Assembly: GCA_018818205.1 (NCBI GenBank)
Contig: JAHISJ010000026.1
Coordinates: forward strand, 29,994 to 93,993
Source of the DNA: Patescibacteria group bacterium
GTDB lineage: Bacteria > Patescibacteriota > JABMPQ01 > JAHIRA01
Direction: 5' to 3'
DNA length: 64,000 bases
Position 1 is the first letter of the stretch, and each line of letters opens with the position of its first letter. A program made the translations under genes and the position numbers. The notes below the pieces were generated by a model. It worked only from the letters and a program-made list of their open reading frames with translations. It was not told the origin of the DNA and did not search any database. Positions 1 through 10,085 of the stretch are shown piece by piece.

Positions 1-1
1 T

Positions 2-328
2 GCGATTGAATCGACCCACGAATATAAAGGACTCTACCACGTACTGCACGGTGCGCTCTCACCCATAGACAATATAAACCCGGAAAATCTTAAGATTAAT
101 GAACTTGTTTTACGTGCTAAGAAAGATAAAGAAAAGCCGGAAGAAGTTATTATTGCAACAAACCCTTCACTTGAGGGTGAGGCGACGGCTATGTATATTG
201 TTAAGCTTTTAAGGCCACTCAATATTAATACCACGCGCATTGCGCGCGGTCTCCCTGTAGGCAGTGACCTTGAGTATGCGGATGAGATTACTATTGGGCA
301 AGCGCTTCTGGGTAGACGAGAGATGTAG
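2..328 (+). CDS. recR: Recombination mediator RecR, C-terminal part (runs off the window start)
   Basis: Manual translation: [14 protein letters not shown]...[18 protein letters not shown]...[31 protein letters not shown], matching RecR Toprim and C-terminal motifs. Confidence 0.95.
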   Translation, partial: AIESTHEYKGLYHVLHGALSPIDNINPENLKINELVLRAKKDKEKPEEVIIATNPSLEGEATAMYIVKLLRPLNINTTRIARGLPVGSDLEYADEITIGQALLGRREM

Positions 329-348
329 ACACGCCTTCATTCAAAACC

Positions 349-380
349 AAAAAAATACGTAAACTTTTACGTATTTTTTT
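349..380. terminator. Bidirectional intrinsic terminator between convergent recR and rplU
   Basis: AAAAAATACGTAAA-C-TTTTACGTATTTTTT inverted repeat with A and T tracts on both sides. Confidence 0.7.
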
Positions 381-399
381 TACTTTATTGTCTTGATCA

Positions 400-708
400 C
401 TACACACTCGTAATCTTCACCTGTGTATAATTCTGCCGATGTCCAAACTTTCTTCTATATCGCTTTTTTGATTTATACTTAACCCCAACAATCTTATCAT
501 CTTTGTATTCTTTTACCACCTCACCTTTTACTGTTTTACCCTTAAGTGTAGGTTTTCCGACCTCTACTTTGTCACCATCGGCAATGCACAGAACATCTTT
601 AAATTCGACTGCATCTTTTTCCTTTTTGTCGAGTTTCTCAACGTCTAAAACATCGTCTTTTGAGACAATATATTGCTTTCCACCAGTTTTAATGACTGCA
701 AATTTCAT
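400..708 (-). CDS. rplU: 50S ribosomal protein L21
   Basis: MKFAVIKTGGKQY...RRKFGHRQNYT; start reassigned to the ATG at 708. Confidence 0.97.
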   Translation of the reverse strand: MKFAVIKTGGKQYIVSKDDVLDVEKLDKKEKDAVEFKDVLCIADGDKVEVGKPTLKGKTVKGEVVKEYKDDKIVGVKYKSKKRYRRKFGHRQNYTQVKITSV

Positions 709-830
709 TTCTTTTCCTTTAATAAACACTATTATTGTACCAAAAAAATGAGCAGTGTCAAGCGGGAAATAAAAAAAAGCCGCCATTTTTTACTTGGCAG
801 CAATGTATCGATGTAAAACAAGTCACGAAA

Positions 831-2147
831 TTAAAATATTGGATCATCATTTTGAAAATCAATCTCAGGATTAACGACAGGTAGTGGTGAATCATCCTCT
901 TCAGGAATAATCTCATATTCAACCCAAACAACCTTGTCCTTAATGTGCCTAAGTTTTGCACTTACCTTTCCCAAAGAAGAAACGGAAAGCTCGTAAGGCT
1001 TATTAATATGTGGCTTTTCATTTCCAAATTGGAATCGATCAGAAAAGTTTGTTTGAATTTTCGCCTCTAAACGTCGTAAAATCTCTTTATGGTCCTCATG
1101 TAGAAGTCCGCAACGATCGGTTTTTTTTACCATTAACAACGCATTGTCACCACGTTTCTTAAGATCGGTTGTAATTAATGAATTATCATGCAAAAAAAGA
1201 AATTCATTTGGCAATGCATCGTGCACTCTATGCTCTTCGTCATGCCAGAACACTTCCCACATAACTTTTCCCTCAAAATTTGAAAGAAACTTTCTTGTCC
1301 GATCCCTTTCATCTTGCCACCCTGCACCTAAACAATCAGTCCACGTTGAATGCAAAGTAAAATATAAAGGAGTAACAAAACGTAAATAACGAATCGTGTA
1401 ATCTTCATAGGGATAGACAATTTTTGAAACCCTTTCTTCATCAAGACTGACTTCATGATACAACGCATCAACGTATATCTCTCCAAAGGTAGAATAATGA
1501 TCGAGACATGAGTAGCTTCTACGCCAAACTGAACTTCCATCAAAAAAAAGAATATGTAATGATTCGCTCTCAAAGAGTGCATCACAAATAGCATAAGGAA
1601 TATCACCTTTAACTACAAAACTGCCTTGTTCAATGTCCCATACTGCAAAGCGATCTTGTGAAAACGCAACAAGTTTACTCCCCTGTTCATTAAATTTCAT
1701 CCCTAAAATAGTTTGTCCAAAAAAATCACTAAATAGTTTGGATTTTTTATTAGAGTCTTCAAGCGAACGAATGACGACAGCTCCATTCCTAAGACCAAAC
1801 GCAATTTTATTTCCACAGGGATCAATCGCGCATAATGCTTCTTGTGGTCGTTCAAATTCCTCAATAAAGACTAAACCGTTTTCAAACAGTACGCTCAATT
1901 GATGCAATAAGAAACTGCTAGAAGTTTCGACACATAAATATGACCTGTTCATTGAGAGACTCAATGTCTCAGCGTGTCTGTCTTCCAAGTCAATAAATCC
2001 AAACCATCTCTTAGCTTTCCGAGAAAATACACCCAAGACATTCGCTCTAGTTAAAATGACAATAAAATCCCTATTTAGTACTCCCTGTTTAAGTACCTCT
2101 TTAAATAAATCTCGTTTCATAAATAGTGGAAAAACATATTTTTCCAA
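831..2147 (-). CDS. Orphan protein with WD40-like beta-propeller segments
   Basis: 438-aa ORF with a TTG start and AGGAGG 5 nt upstream; CAIDPCGNKIAFG and MKFNEQGSKLVAFSQDRFAVWD resemble WD40 blades. Confidence 0.65.
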   Translation of the reverse strand: MEKYVFPLFMKRDLFKEVLKQGVLNRDFIVILTRANVLGVFSRKAKRWFGFIDLEDRHAETLSLSMNRSYLCVETSSSFLLHQLSVLFENGLVFIEEFERPQEALCAIDPCGNKIAFGLRNGAVVIRSLEDSNKKSKLFSDFFGQTILGMKFNEQGSKLVAFSQDRFAVWDIEQGSFVVKGDIPYAICDALFESESLHILFFDGSSVWRRSYSCLDHYSTFGEIYVDALYHEVSLDEERVSKIVYPYEDYTIRYLRFVTPLYFTLHSTWTDCLGAGWQDERDRTRKFLSNFEGKVMWEVFWHDEEHRVHDALPNEFLFLHDNSLITTDLKKRGDNALLMVKKTDRCGLLHEDHKEILRRLEAKIQTNFSDRFQFGNEKPHINKPYELSVSSLGKVSAKLRHIKDKVVWVEYEIIPEEDDSPLPVVNPEIDFQNDDPIF

Positions 2148-2187
2148 AACATCCTCCTTTTTTTAAAACCAAAGATCAAAGCCTCAC

Positions 2188-2216
2188 ATTATATATAAAA
2201 AAAGGCAATACGTCAA
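2188..2216 (-). promoter_or_regulatory. Sigma70-type promoter of the 831-2147 orphan gene
   Basis: TTGACG-17 nt-TATAAT on the minus strand. Confidence 0.75.
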
Positions 2217-2219
2217 TAG

Positions 2220-3299
2220 CTACGCTACTTTTTTTGTTTTCCTTGCAATGAAAATGAGACTACAGAAAATAAGTACACCAAAAAGCGCAAAAAGAATAAT
2301 TTTTGTCTTCCCCTCAAACGTAAGCGCAATAACCCCCAAAATAGCAGAAACTGAGTAAATAATAAGAACGATGCTCCTAGTAGAAAGCCCAAGAGCTTTA
2401 AGTCTAAAGTGAAGATGCTTAGTATCCGCTGTTTTAACCGGCGACTGCTTCTTCCATATCCGCTCTATAAGCACAAACGTAAGATCAATAATAGGAATAC
2501 TCATAATCAAAAGCGCCGTTGCGAGTTTACCGCCTGAAATAATGGAAAGAGTACCTATCATAAACCCCGCAAACGTACTCCCCCCTTCTCCAAGGAAAAT
2601 CTTTGCCGGGTAAAAATTCCAAAACAGAAATCCAAAGAACGATCCTGCTAGAATAAGTGAAAGTAACGCTGTCTCCGGCTGCATTATCTGCTCCTTCATG
2701 CTCAAAAAGAACAGTACCACACCGGCAATGACCGTAAGACCGGAAACCAAGCCATCTAGTCCATCAAGTATCTTGGTAGTATACGTCATACCTAAGAGCC
2801 ACAAAATAGTAAACAAGTCAGCAAGAAGCACAAAGAAATAGGGGAGAGAATTAATCGTAAAAAGGTGAACCTTGATTGTCTCAAGATCAAACGCGGTGCC
2901 AAAAGGATTAGAAATGTAGGAAATGCCAATGCCAGAGACTATGACAATAATTGCTGAGACAAGCGGAAACAAAAATTGATACCGCGGCCTCAGTGAGTAT
3001 TTATCATCGAGTATTCCTCCCACAATAAGCACTGTAGATGCAAACAAAATGCCAAGAATGTGTTTTGGGAGTAAATAGCCGCCCAAAAGATCATCAGTAA
3101 AAAAAGTTACGAGTAAAACAACACTGGCAAAGCTCAAAAAAATACCAACTCCTCCAAGTAGCGGGGTTGGTTTTGTGTGAATCTTCCTCTTCTCTGATGG
3201 TAAATCAATAATAGAAAAACGAAGTGCAACTTTTTTTACACCAAACGTAAATATAAAGGAAAGAAGTGCAGCACTAATAAATGCAACAAAAAATATCAC
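2220..3299 (-). CDS. WecA/TagO-like undecaprenyl-phosphate GlcNAc-1-phosphate transferase (MraY-like family)
   Basis: RKIH..PTPLLGG, GILDD, LDGLDGL, NFYPAKIFLGEGG and HLHFRL motifs; polytopic membrane protein. Confidence 0.9.
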   Translation of the reverse strand: MIFFVAFISAALLSFIFTFGVKKVALRFSIIDLPSEKRKIHTKPTPLLGGVGIFLSFASVVLLVTFFTDDLLGGYLLPKHILGILFASTVLIVGGILDDKYSLRPRYQFLFPLVSAIIVIVSGIGISYISNPFGTAFDLETIKVHLFTINSLPYFFVLLADLFTILWLLGMTYTTKILDGLDGLVSGLTVIAGVVLFFLSMKEQIMQPETALLSLILAGSFFGFLFWNFYPAKIFLGEGGSTFAGFMIGTLSIISGGKLATALLIMSIPIIDLTFVLIERIWKKQSPVKTADTKHLHFRLKALGLSTRSIVLIIYSVSAILGVIALTFEGKTKIILFALFGVLIFCSLIFIARKTKKVA

Positions 3300-3308
3300 G
3301 TAAGCAAT

Positions 3309-4814
3309 TTATGATTTTCTAAATTTTTGTGTCGTCCAAAACCCCATTCGCTTGCCAAACATCATACGTGTCTGAGCATCAATCGCCGGAAACGATCCAA
3401 GAAAAATAGTGGTAATGGGTAAAAAGAACCACTGGAGAAACATCATGACAAATCGACCACCACCATATTTTTTGGGTCTCTCGGGAAGCAAGAACAGGTT
3501 AAGCGTTGCTGAAATAAACATACCAACCATAGAAAACGTCATCAGCCACTGAGTAATGAGTGGAAGATTTTGTGCAAGAAGTGTTGTTTTAAATGCATCT
3601 CCTCCAACAATAAGCGGCAGCCACCCTAAAATAAAAATCATAAGCGCGTTAGTCGCCCACGAGTGAAACCCTTCAATCACCCTAAATCCATGTGAGAGCT
3701 TACTTGAAAACGGAATTTTTTTATTATGTCTAAAGTTCAGAAAGATATACGGTATATTCTCACTCCCCCATGCCCATCTCCGTTGCTGCTTATACTGATT
3801 GATAATACTTTTAGAGTACGTATCGGCAAGCACGGTATCCATATATACCGGGATCAAAAGCGGCTCGGTACGGTAATTTCCATTATACCGCATAAAACAC
3901 TGCCAAAAAATATGTGAATCTTCCGACACAAAATCAGTGTCCCAAAAATCAACATCAACCAATGCCTTAAAGCTCATGCTATGTGATGAAAAGGTATAGA
4001 GTCTCTCAGGGCGTGCCTGTTCCATAAGCATCCAAAACGTGTTACTCATAGCAACAACACGCATAAGCGCCGGTGCATCCCAAAAATTATTAAAAAACAT
4101 AGGCACTGGCTGATAGCTCGCGTGCAAAGGATCGTCAGTGTTAAAGAAGACATACGTAAGTCTAGCAAAATACTCCGGATGAACACACGTATCTACATCA
4201 AGGGTTGATACCAAAATATCTTCGTACGCTATCCCCTTTTCATCAATATATTCCTTCACTCTTCTCCCCGCCCATGCTTCATTTGAGCCTTTTCCGGGGA
4301 TCTCGCCTTCAAGATCTTTTGGATGCACCGTTATCATGAAGTGATGGAATATATCTCCAAACTCGTCCTTAATAATCTGAGCATTCTTCATGCCCCGCTC
4401 CTTATCACGTTCCTCAATAGCAAGCACAACGATCATCTTCTCGTTTGAGTAATTTGAGTTCACTAGTGCCTCAAATGTTGGCCGTACAATATTTATTTCC
4501 TCTTTATATGTAGGGATAATAACAAGATGATACAGCTCGTCACATTTTTTTATGTCATGAAGCTTGGCATGCCAATCGATTTTTGTGTTCTTTTTAATTT
4601 GCTTAAACGATCTAATCAAAAATGATGCCAAGTAGACTACACGAATAAGCCAATACACGTCAAAACAAATAATAAATATTGCGACAGGAATGGGATGTGT
4701 AAAAGAAAAAATAAAACAGGCGATAATCGTTGCCCAGGAAAGAAACCCAGGCATTATCCCTAATGCTCTGTAAAAAGCTTTGTCATAGCGACCATGCACA
4801 ACAAAATTACTCAT
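3309..4814 (-). CDS. Membrane-bound family 2 glycosyltransferase
   Basis: IIPTYKE, DVD, SED and QQRRWAWG motifs flanked by TM helices. Confidence 0.88.
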   Translation of the reverse strand: MSNFVVHGRYDKAFYRALGIMPGFLSWATIIACFIFSFTHPIPVAIFIICFDVYWLIRVVYLASFLIRSFKQIKKNTKIDWHAKLHDIKKCDELYHLVIIPTYKEEINIVRPTFEALVNSNYSNEKMIVVLAIEERDKERGMKNAQIIKDEFGDIFHHFMITVHPKDLEGEIPGKGSNEAWAGRRVKEYIDEKGIAYEDILVSTLDVDTCVHPEYFARLTYVFFNTDDPLHASYQPVPMFFNNFWDAPALMRVVAMSNTFWMLMEQARPERLYTFSSHSMSFKALVDVDFWDTDFVSEDSHIFWQCFMRYNGNYRTEPLLIPVYMDTVLADTYSKSIINQYKQQRRWAWGSENIPYIFLNFRHNKKIPFSSKLSHGFRVIEGFHSWATNALMIFILGWLPLIVGGDAFKTTLLAQNLPLITQWLMTFSMVGMFISATLNLFLLPERPKKYGGGRFVMMFLQWFFLPITTIFLGSFPAIDAQTRMMFGKRMGFWTTQKFRKS

Positions 4815-4819
4815 ACCAG

Positions 4820-5212
4820 TTAAAAAAGAGTTTTTTGTAAATTAAATATCCACAGTAATGCAATAACTAAAATCACTTGTACAAGCACGCTTGTGATATT
4901 GAGAAACGACGCAATAAATACGTCTTTCTTATAAATCACCGTTGAAAGTGCATAGTTTATTATAATGATTGCCGCACCGATAATCGGGATCAAGTAGAGT
5001 CTCGACCAAACGTCAACTAAGTCAATACCCTGATAAATATTGTAATGGAGCGGAAGTGGGTAGTCATCAGGTTTTGCAAAAAAATACATCAAAAACCACA
5101 TCACAATATTTAAAAGCACTGCAGTAAACGCAATAATAATACCTGAACGATTGGGAACAAACCGCTCAAATAGCGACTCTTTCTTCTGATGTGCTGTACT
5201 GCTTTTTTTCAT
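4820..5212 (-). CDS. Small membrane protein (DUF1648-like, PLHYNIYxG)
   Basis: Three hydrophobic helices; operonic with neighbouring genes. Confidence 0.7.
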   Translation of the reverse strand: MKKSSTAHQKKESLFERFVPNRSGIIIAFTAVLLNIVMWFLMYFFAKPDDYPLPLHYNIYQGIDLVDVWSRLYLIPIIGAAIIIINYALSTVIYKKDVFIASFLNITSVLVQVILVIALLWIFNLQKTLF

Positions 5213-6341
5213 GATACTCAGTTATCAAACGTAGCATACGCTTTGCCGTTTCTTCAACGGAAAACATACTTAAACGTTTGTTTGCTCGGCTTGTTAAACG
5301 ATTCCTTACCTCTGGTGATGTTAACATGGTATACAGTGCCTCGCTAAGCTCATATACATTGCACGGATCAATAAGGAGTGCCGCATTCCCAATAATTTCA
5401 AAAATCGACGAATGCGCTCCCGCGATTATGGGTGTTCCTGCTTCTGCGGCCTCAAGAAGAGGGAATCCAAACCCTTCGTAAAACGAGGGGTACACGAACA
5501 CAGACGCTGCTTCAAAAAGAGCATCCTTATCTTCTGGATCAATAAACCCAGTGAAGTGAATCTTGTCAAAATCACCTCTCTCTTGATACGAAGTAAACAT
5601 CTCGCGCATTTTCCACCCGGGAGCTCCAGCTACTACGAGCGAATATTCTGGAAGTTTCTTACTAACTGCACTAAACGCCTCAATGAGTGCCGGTAAATTC
5701 TTCCGTGGTTCAATAGTACCCATAAATAATATGTACTTTTTGGGTAATTGGTATTTCTCCCGTAACTCTGCGCGGGTTACCTTCTCTTCTGATGCTTTCT
5801 TTATAATACCAGAATGAATCGTATGTACTTTAGAATGATCAATATTGTACGTTTCTATAATATCATGTTTAGTAGAATCTGAAACGGCAACAATACAATC
5901 TGCCCCGCGAGCGATTTTTTGTGGATTAACAAATATATGCCACAATCGCCTCTTTGTCGTTAAAAATTCTTTGAAATGCTCAAACGATAGATCATGAAAC
6001 GTTACTATTTTTTTAGCATCATCACTTACCGCTTCAAACAAAATGTTAGGCATAAAAAAAACATCCACTGACTTTAAAAGCTTGTCAATCTTCGGATAGT
6101 TAAAGTAATGGAGCGAAAAATTAAAAAGTTTGTTTGGAATAGAGTATTCAATCAGCTCAACATTGTCAAACCGCTCAAAAAATGACTTTGGGAACTGAAC
6201 CGTATTATATCCATTAAAGAAGAGTTTAAACCGAACCCCACTACCCTTGGTAAACAAGGAATCTAAAAGTTGTAGCACATACTCCTCTACTCCCGTACGC
6301 TTGCCTGAAACAAGCGGTCGTAAATCGATACCAACAACCAT
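5166..6341 (-). CDS. Glycosyltransferase family 4 (GT-B)
   Basis: GIDLRPL, TFHDL, GTIEPRKN, YPSFYEGFGFPLLEA. Confidence 0.92.
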   Translation of the reverse strand: MVVGIDLRPLVSGKRTGVEEYVLQLLDSLFTKGSGVRFKLFFNGYNTVQFPKSFFERFDNVELIEYSIPNKLFNFSLHYFNYPKIDKLLKSVDVFFMPNILFEAVSDDAKKIVTFHDLSFEHFKEFLTTKRRLWHIFVNPQKIARGADCIVAVSDSTKHDIIETYNIDHSKVHTIHSGIIKKASEEKVTRAELREKYQLPKKYILFMGTIEPRKNLPALIEAFSAVSKKLPEYSLVVAGAPGWKMREMFTSYQERGDFDKIHFTGFIDPEDKDALFEAASVFVYPSFYEGFGFPLLEAAEAGTPIIAGAHSSIFEIIGNAALLIDPCNVYELSEALYTMLTSPEVRNRLTSRANKRLSMFSVEETAKRMLRLITEYHEKKQYSTSEERVAI

Positions 6342-6967
6342 TATTTCTCTTCGTTACTTCCTTTCAAAAAAAGATACTCATACAAAAAGACAAGTGCGAT
6401 TGAGATAAAAAGACCGCAGACAAGCCCAAAAACAAACGCAAGCAGTGGATCAACCTTTTGAGAATTCTTTATATATTCACCCGTTACAACGTCAAAAGAG
6501 TTAGTGTTTTCATCTGTGCTTTCAAGAGCTTGTACTTTTTCTGACATGACATCGCTTACCGCTGTTGCAACTTTTTCCGTTACTTCCGGATCAGCATGTT
6601 TAACTGTTACCGTAACTAAATGTGATGACTTCTGTCTCGCTTTAATACTCTTGATACGAGATTGGATTGAAGAATCATCAGATACTTGTGCGTTAGTATA
6701 AATTTCTTGCACCACATCAGGAGACGCAAGCATGCCGACAACAGTGTTTGAAACATACTCAGCTGCTTGTACTGAGTAATAATTATCGTACTGAAAATCC
6801 TCTGTTGTTTCACGATTTACTCTATGCACTGTAAGAGACATATCCACAACATGTTTTTCTGGAATAAGATATGCGGCAAAAAGCGCAACCAACGCCACAA
6901 TAAGCGTCATTGCCACTATTTGTATTTTTTTCTTGAAGATGATGTCTAAGTAGGATCGCGTGTTCAT
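6341..6967 (-). CDS. Wzz/CapA-like polysaccharide chain-length determinant
   Basis: N- and C-terminal TM helices around a soluble domain, G-rich C-terminal helix, located in a glycosyltransferase cluster. Confidence 0.7.
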   Translation of the reverse strand: MNTRSYLDIIFKKKIQIVAMTLIVALVALFAAYLIPEKHVVDMSLTVHRVNRETTEDFQYDNYYSVQAAEYVSNTVVGMLASPDVVQEIYTNAQVSDDSSIQSRIKSIKARQKSSHLVTVTVKHADPEVTEKVATAVSDVMSEKVQALESTDENTNSFDVVTGEYIKNSQKVDPLLAFVFGLVCGLFISIALVFLYEYLFLKGSNEEK

Positions 6968-6976
6968 AAGATTTTG

Positions 6977-8083
6977 TTAACGTTTCGCTTGAAAATGTTT
7001 CTCGCATTCTTGTTCAAAATACTCCTTCATTTTAGCTTTAAATACAGCAGTGTCAAATTGCAACGCATGGTTACGAATCTCTTGAGGGTTATATTTGCTT
7101 GCATCAAAATCTCTAATAACATCAACAATATCCCACGGCATCTGTTCCTCAAAAAACTCACCCGTTTTGCCTTCAATGATAGTCTCTTTGGCACCTCCTG
7201 CCTTGTAGGCAATCACTGGTCTTCCCGACGCCATTGCCTCAAGAGCTGCAATGCCAAAATCTTCTTCCTGCGGATGTATAAACGCTTTGCATCGTGAAAG
7301 GTAGTAAGCAACTTTATCGTTGGACAGAGGTCCTAAAAATTCAATATTATCGCCTGCCATCTTTTTTAACTTTTCAGTCTCCTCTCCCGCACCAATAATC
7401 TTAAGAGGATATTCCAGAGCATTAAACGCTTGAATGGCTAAATCAACACGCTTGTAAGGTCTGAGTCTACTTACAATCAAATAGTAATCTTCAACCTCAT
7501 CTGAAATAGAAAATCGATCAGTGTCAACAGGCGGATAAATAATTTTGCTACCCCGTTGATAGTACTTTTTTATTCTTTTTTGAACAATCTCAGAATTAGC
7601 AACAAAGCTATCCACACGATCAGCAGCAAGCCTATCCCATAATCTAATCCTGCTCAAAACTACCGGCAACGCTTGTTTAATAATACTTGGCTGTTTTAGT
7701 TCCTCCGTGTAATCATGTGTATCACTCCAAAGATACCGTGTTGGAGAATGGCAGTAACACAAATGCAATGAATTTGGACTGGTAATAACGCCTTTAGCAT
7801 ACGCAGAACTATCAGAGATAACAACATCATATTTTGTCAGGTCAAGGCTCTCTATAGCTGCGGGCATCAAAGACAAATACCACTTATATCGCTTAATGCC
7901 AAAAGGCAAGTTTTGAATAAATGATGTTCGAATATCAAGGTCCTTAAATACACCATATGTTTCCTCTGGATCATGCGTGATTGTGTATATAGGTGCTTTT
8001 GGAAAAAGTTCATGAAAAACCTGCAGGACCTTCTCGGCCCCGCCTACTTGATTCAAAAAATCATGGACAAGTGCTACTTTCAT
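6977..8083 (-). CDS. Glycosyltransferase family 4
   Basis: MKVALVHDFLNQVGGAEKV, YCHSPTRYLW, EDFGIAALEAMASG. Confidence 0.93.
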   Translation of the reverse strand: MKVALVHDFLNQVGGAEKVLQVFHELFPKAPIYTITHDPEETYGVFKDLDIRTSFIQNLPFGIKRYKWYLSLMPAAIESLDLTKYDVVISDSSAYAKGVITSPNSLHLCYCHSPTRYLWSDTHDYTEELKQPSIIKQALPVVLSRIRLWDRLAADRVDSFVANSEIVQKRIKKYYQRGSKIIYPPVDTDRFSISDEVEDYYLIVSRLRPYKRVDLAIQAFNALEYPLKIIGAGEETEKLKKMAGDNIEFLGPLSNDKVAYYLSRCKAFIHPQEEDFGIAALEAMASGRPVIAYKAGGAKETIIEGKTGEFFEEQMPWDIVDVIRDFDASKYNPQEIRNHALQFDTAVFKAKMKEYFEQECEKHFQAKR

Positions 8084-8087
8084 ATAT

Positions 8088-9512
8088 TTACGAAAAATTT
8101 CTTCTCTTTAGTAACGTGAAGGGAGTTTTAAGGAGTATCTGTAAATCAGTGGCAAACGACCAGTTTTCCATATAGTACACATCAAGTTTAAACTCGTCGT
8201 TAAAATCAAGATCGGAACGCCCACTAATCTGTGCGAGCCCCGTAATGCCCGGTTTCATAGTAAGGATTCTTGTGTGTTGCTTGTCGTAGTTTGCAACCTC
8301 CCGTGGCTGGTGTGGCCGTGGACCAACTAAACTCATATTACCCATAAAAACGTTGAACAATTGTGGTAACTCGTCTAAACTTGTTCGTTCTAAAAACTTA
8401 CCAAGTTTAGTGCGTCGTGGGTCATCAATAACCTTGTAGATGGGCCCCTTCCGCGTACTTTTTTCTTGGATAAGCTCTTTTTCATACTCCAGTGCCTTCT
8501 TTCCTCCATATTCAGTACCAGTACAGTATTCTAATTTCATTGAACGAAGCTTGTACGTATTAAATTCTTTCCCTTTATACCCAACGCGTTTATTCCTGTA
8601 AATAACCGGCCCCGGTGAATCCATTTTAACAATAAGTGCAATAACTGCAAACAGTGGCAAGCAGAGTATGATACCAATGACAGCTGCAATCAAATCAAGT
8701 GTCCTTTTGACTATTCTTCCCCATCCATCAAGTGGTGTTTGCCTCAAGGAGACAATAGGGATACCGGCTAACGTTGTAACATCAATATTGGTTGCCTTGG
8801 TTTCAAAGAAATCAGGAATATAACGATAATCGATTCTAAACTCATCTGCAAGTTGAATAAGCTTTACATTTTTACGTTTATCAAGAGTGGGGTCGCCGTT
8901 GATAATTTCATCAACTCTTCCTTTTTCAAGATTATTCGTAATTTTTTTAAATTCCTCTTTATCAAGCTCCTTAAAATGGTTCATGACTCTATACCCCGCA
9001 TGCGGTTCCTCATGAAAAAATCTGACAAGAGACTTGCACACCTGGTTATCACCAATAACCACCACTCGTCTTACACCATAATCATACTTATACAGATAAC
9101 TTCTGACTCGCCTTACCATAAACCGCCCAAACGTAACCAGAAGCGTTGCCAGAATCCAGTTTGCAATCACAATAAACCGAGATGAAAACAGCTCGTGTCT
9201 AAAAAAGATAAAAATAATCGCACCCATCATCCCTGCAGAAACACCAATAAACACCCTATAGAGATCATCAACGAGGCGCTGTTGCCGTTTAATTTTGTAC
9301 AGCCCGGTAAGTGCAAAGATTCCTATCCAAATGGGAATCATTAAAAGCACCAGTGCAAAATACTCACCAAATGGTAACTCAAATTGCACCGGTCTAATTC
9401 CCTCAATCGTCTGAGAAAAACGAAGGGAATACACAAGAAGCGATGCAATAAGAAGCATCACAAAATCAACGGGAATGAGTAAAACTGTAAAAACAAGTTC
9501 TGCTCTCTTCAA
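8088..9512 (-). CDS. Polyprenyl-phosphate sugar phosphotransferase (WcaJ/WbaP type)
   Basis: N-terminal TMs, KRTLD, KLRSM, DDPRRT, SLDELPQLFNV, SLVGPRP, KPGITGLAQ. Confidence 0.93.
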   Translation of the reverse strand: MKRAELVFTVLLIPVDFVMLLIASLLVYSLRFSQTIEGIRPVQFELPFGEYFALVLLMIPIWIGIFALTGLYKIKRQQRLVDDLYRVFIGVSAGMMGAIIFIFFRHELFSSRFIVIANWILATLLVTFGRFMVRRVRSYLYKYDYGVRRVVVIGDNQVCKSLVRFFHEEPHAGYRVMNHFKELDKEEFKKITNNLEKGRVDEIINGDPTLDKRKNVKLIQLADEFRIDYRYIPDFFETKATNIDVTTLAGIPIVSLRQTPLDGWGRIVKRTLDLIAAVIGIILCLPLFAVIALIVKMDSPGPVIYRNKRVGYKGKEFNTYKLRSMKLEYCTGTEYGGKKALEYEKELIQEKSTRKGPIYKVIDDPRRTKLGKFLERTSLDELPQLFNVFMGNMSLVGPRPHQPREVANYDKQHTRILTMKPGITGLAQISGRSDLDFNDEFKLDVYYMENWSFATDLQILLKTPFTLLKRRNFS

Positions 9513-9567
9513 AATGATCCCTTTATTCTACAAATATTTTCTTGCAAATAGTCGTATTCGCAAGAAA

Positions 9568-10017
9568 GTGCATAAACAATAAATAAGCCGGATTCTGTAA
9601 CCTACGTTTTTCAAGTACTTAGCGCTTCTAAACATTTAAGCTAGGCTCTAACCTAGAAGCACTACGGGCACTAGTACCTAAAACTAGATGATAATCATTT
9701 ATCTAGCCCCGCTATTGCTAACGGAGTCAAACGACCTACCTATTTGGTCTTTCACCAGGTGGGGTTTGCCACTCATCCTGCTCACGCAGGAGAGAAGATA
9801 GTAGCTTCAAAAAGAAACATCTATCAACTTTTCACGTTTATCTAGCTTAAAAAAGCTAGATAGTATAGTCTCTGTGGCACTTTCCCTACCCCAACACTTT
9901 TTATGAAAAAGGTTGGGACGGTTGGCGTTACCAACCACCCTTATTATGGTGTCCGGACTTTCCTCCATGTACCGTGCTTGCACTGGTTCATGGCGATTAT
10001 CTATATTGTGAATGCAC
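9568..10017 (-). ncRNA. rnpB: RNase P RNA
   Basis: Minus strand has GGAGGAAAGTCCGG, AGTGCCACAGAGA, GGCAAACCCC, CTAGATAAATGA and ACAGAATCCGGCTTA; P1 pairing GTGCATTCACAATA/TATTGTTTATGCAC defines the ends. Confidence 0.95.
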
Positions 10018-10085
10018 ATACCAAAAATGGTAGTAATACTATATCCAAATGGAGTCGATTTGTCAATGAAAATAATGCCTCTTCT

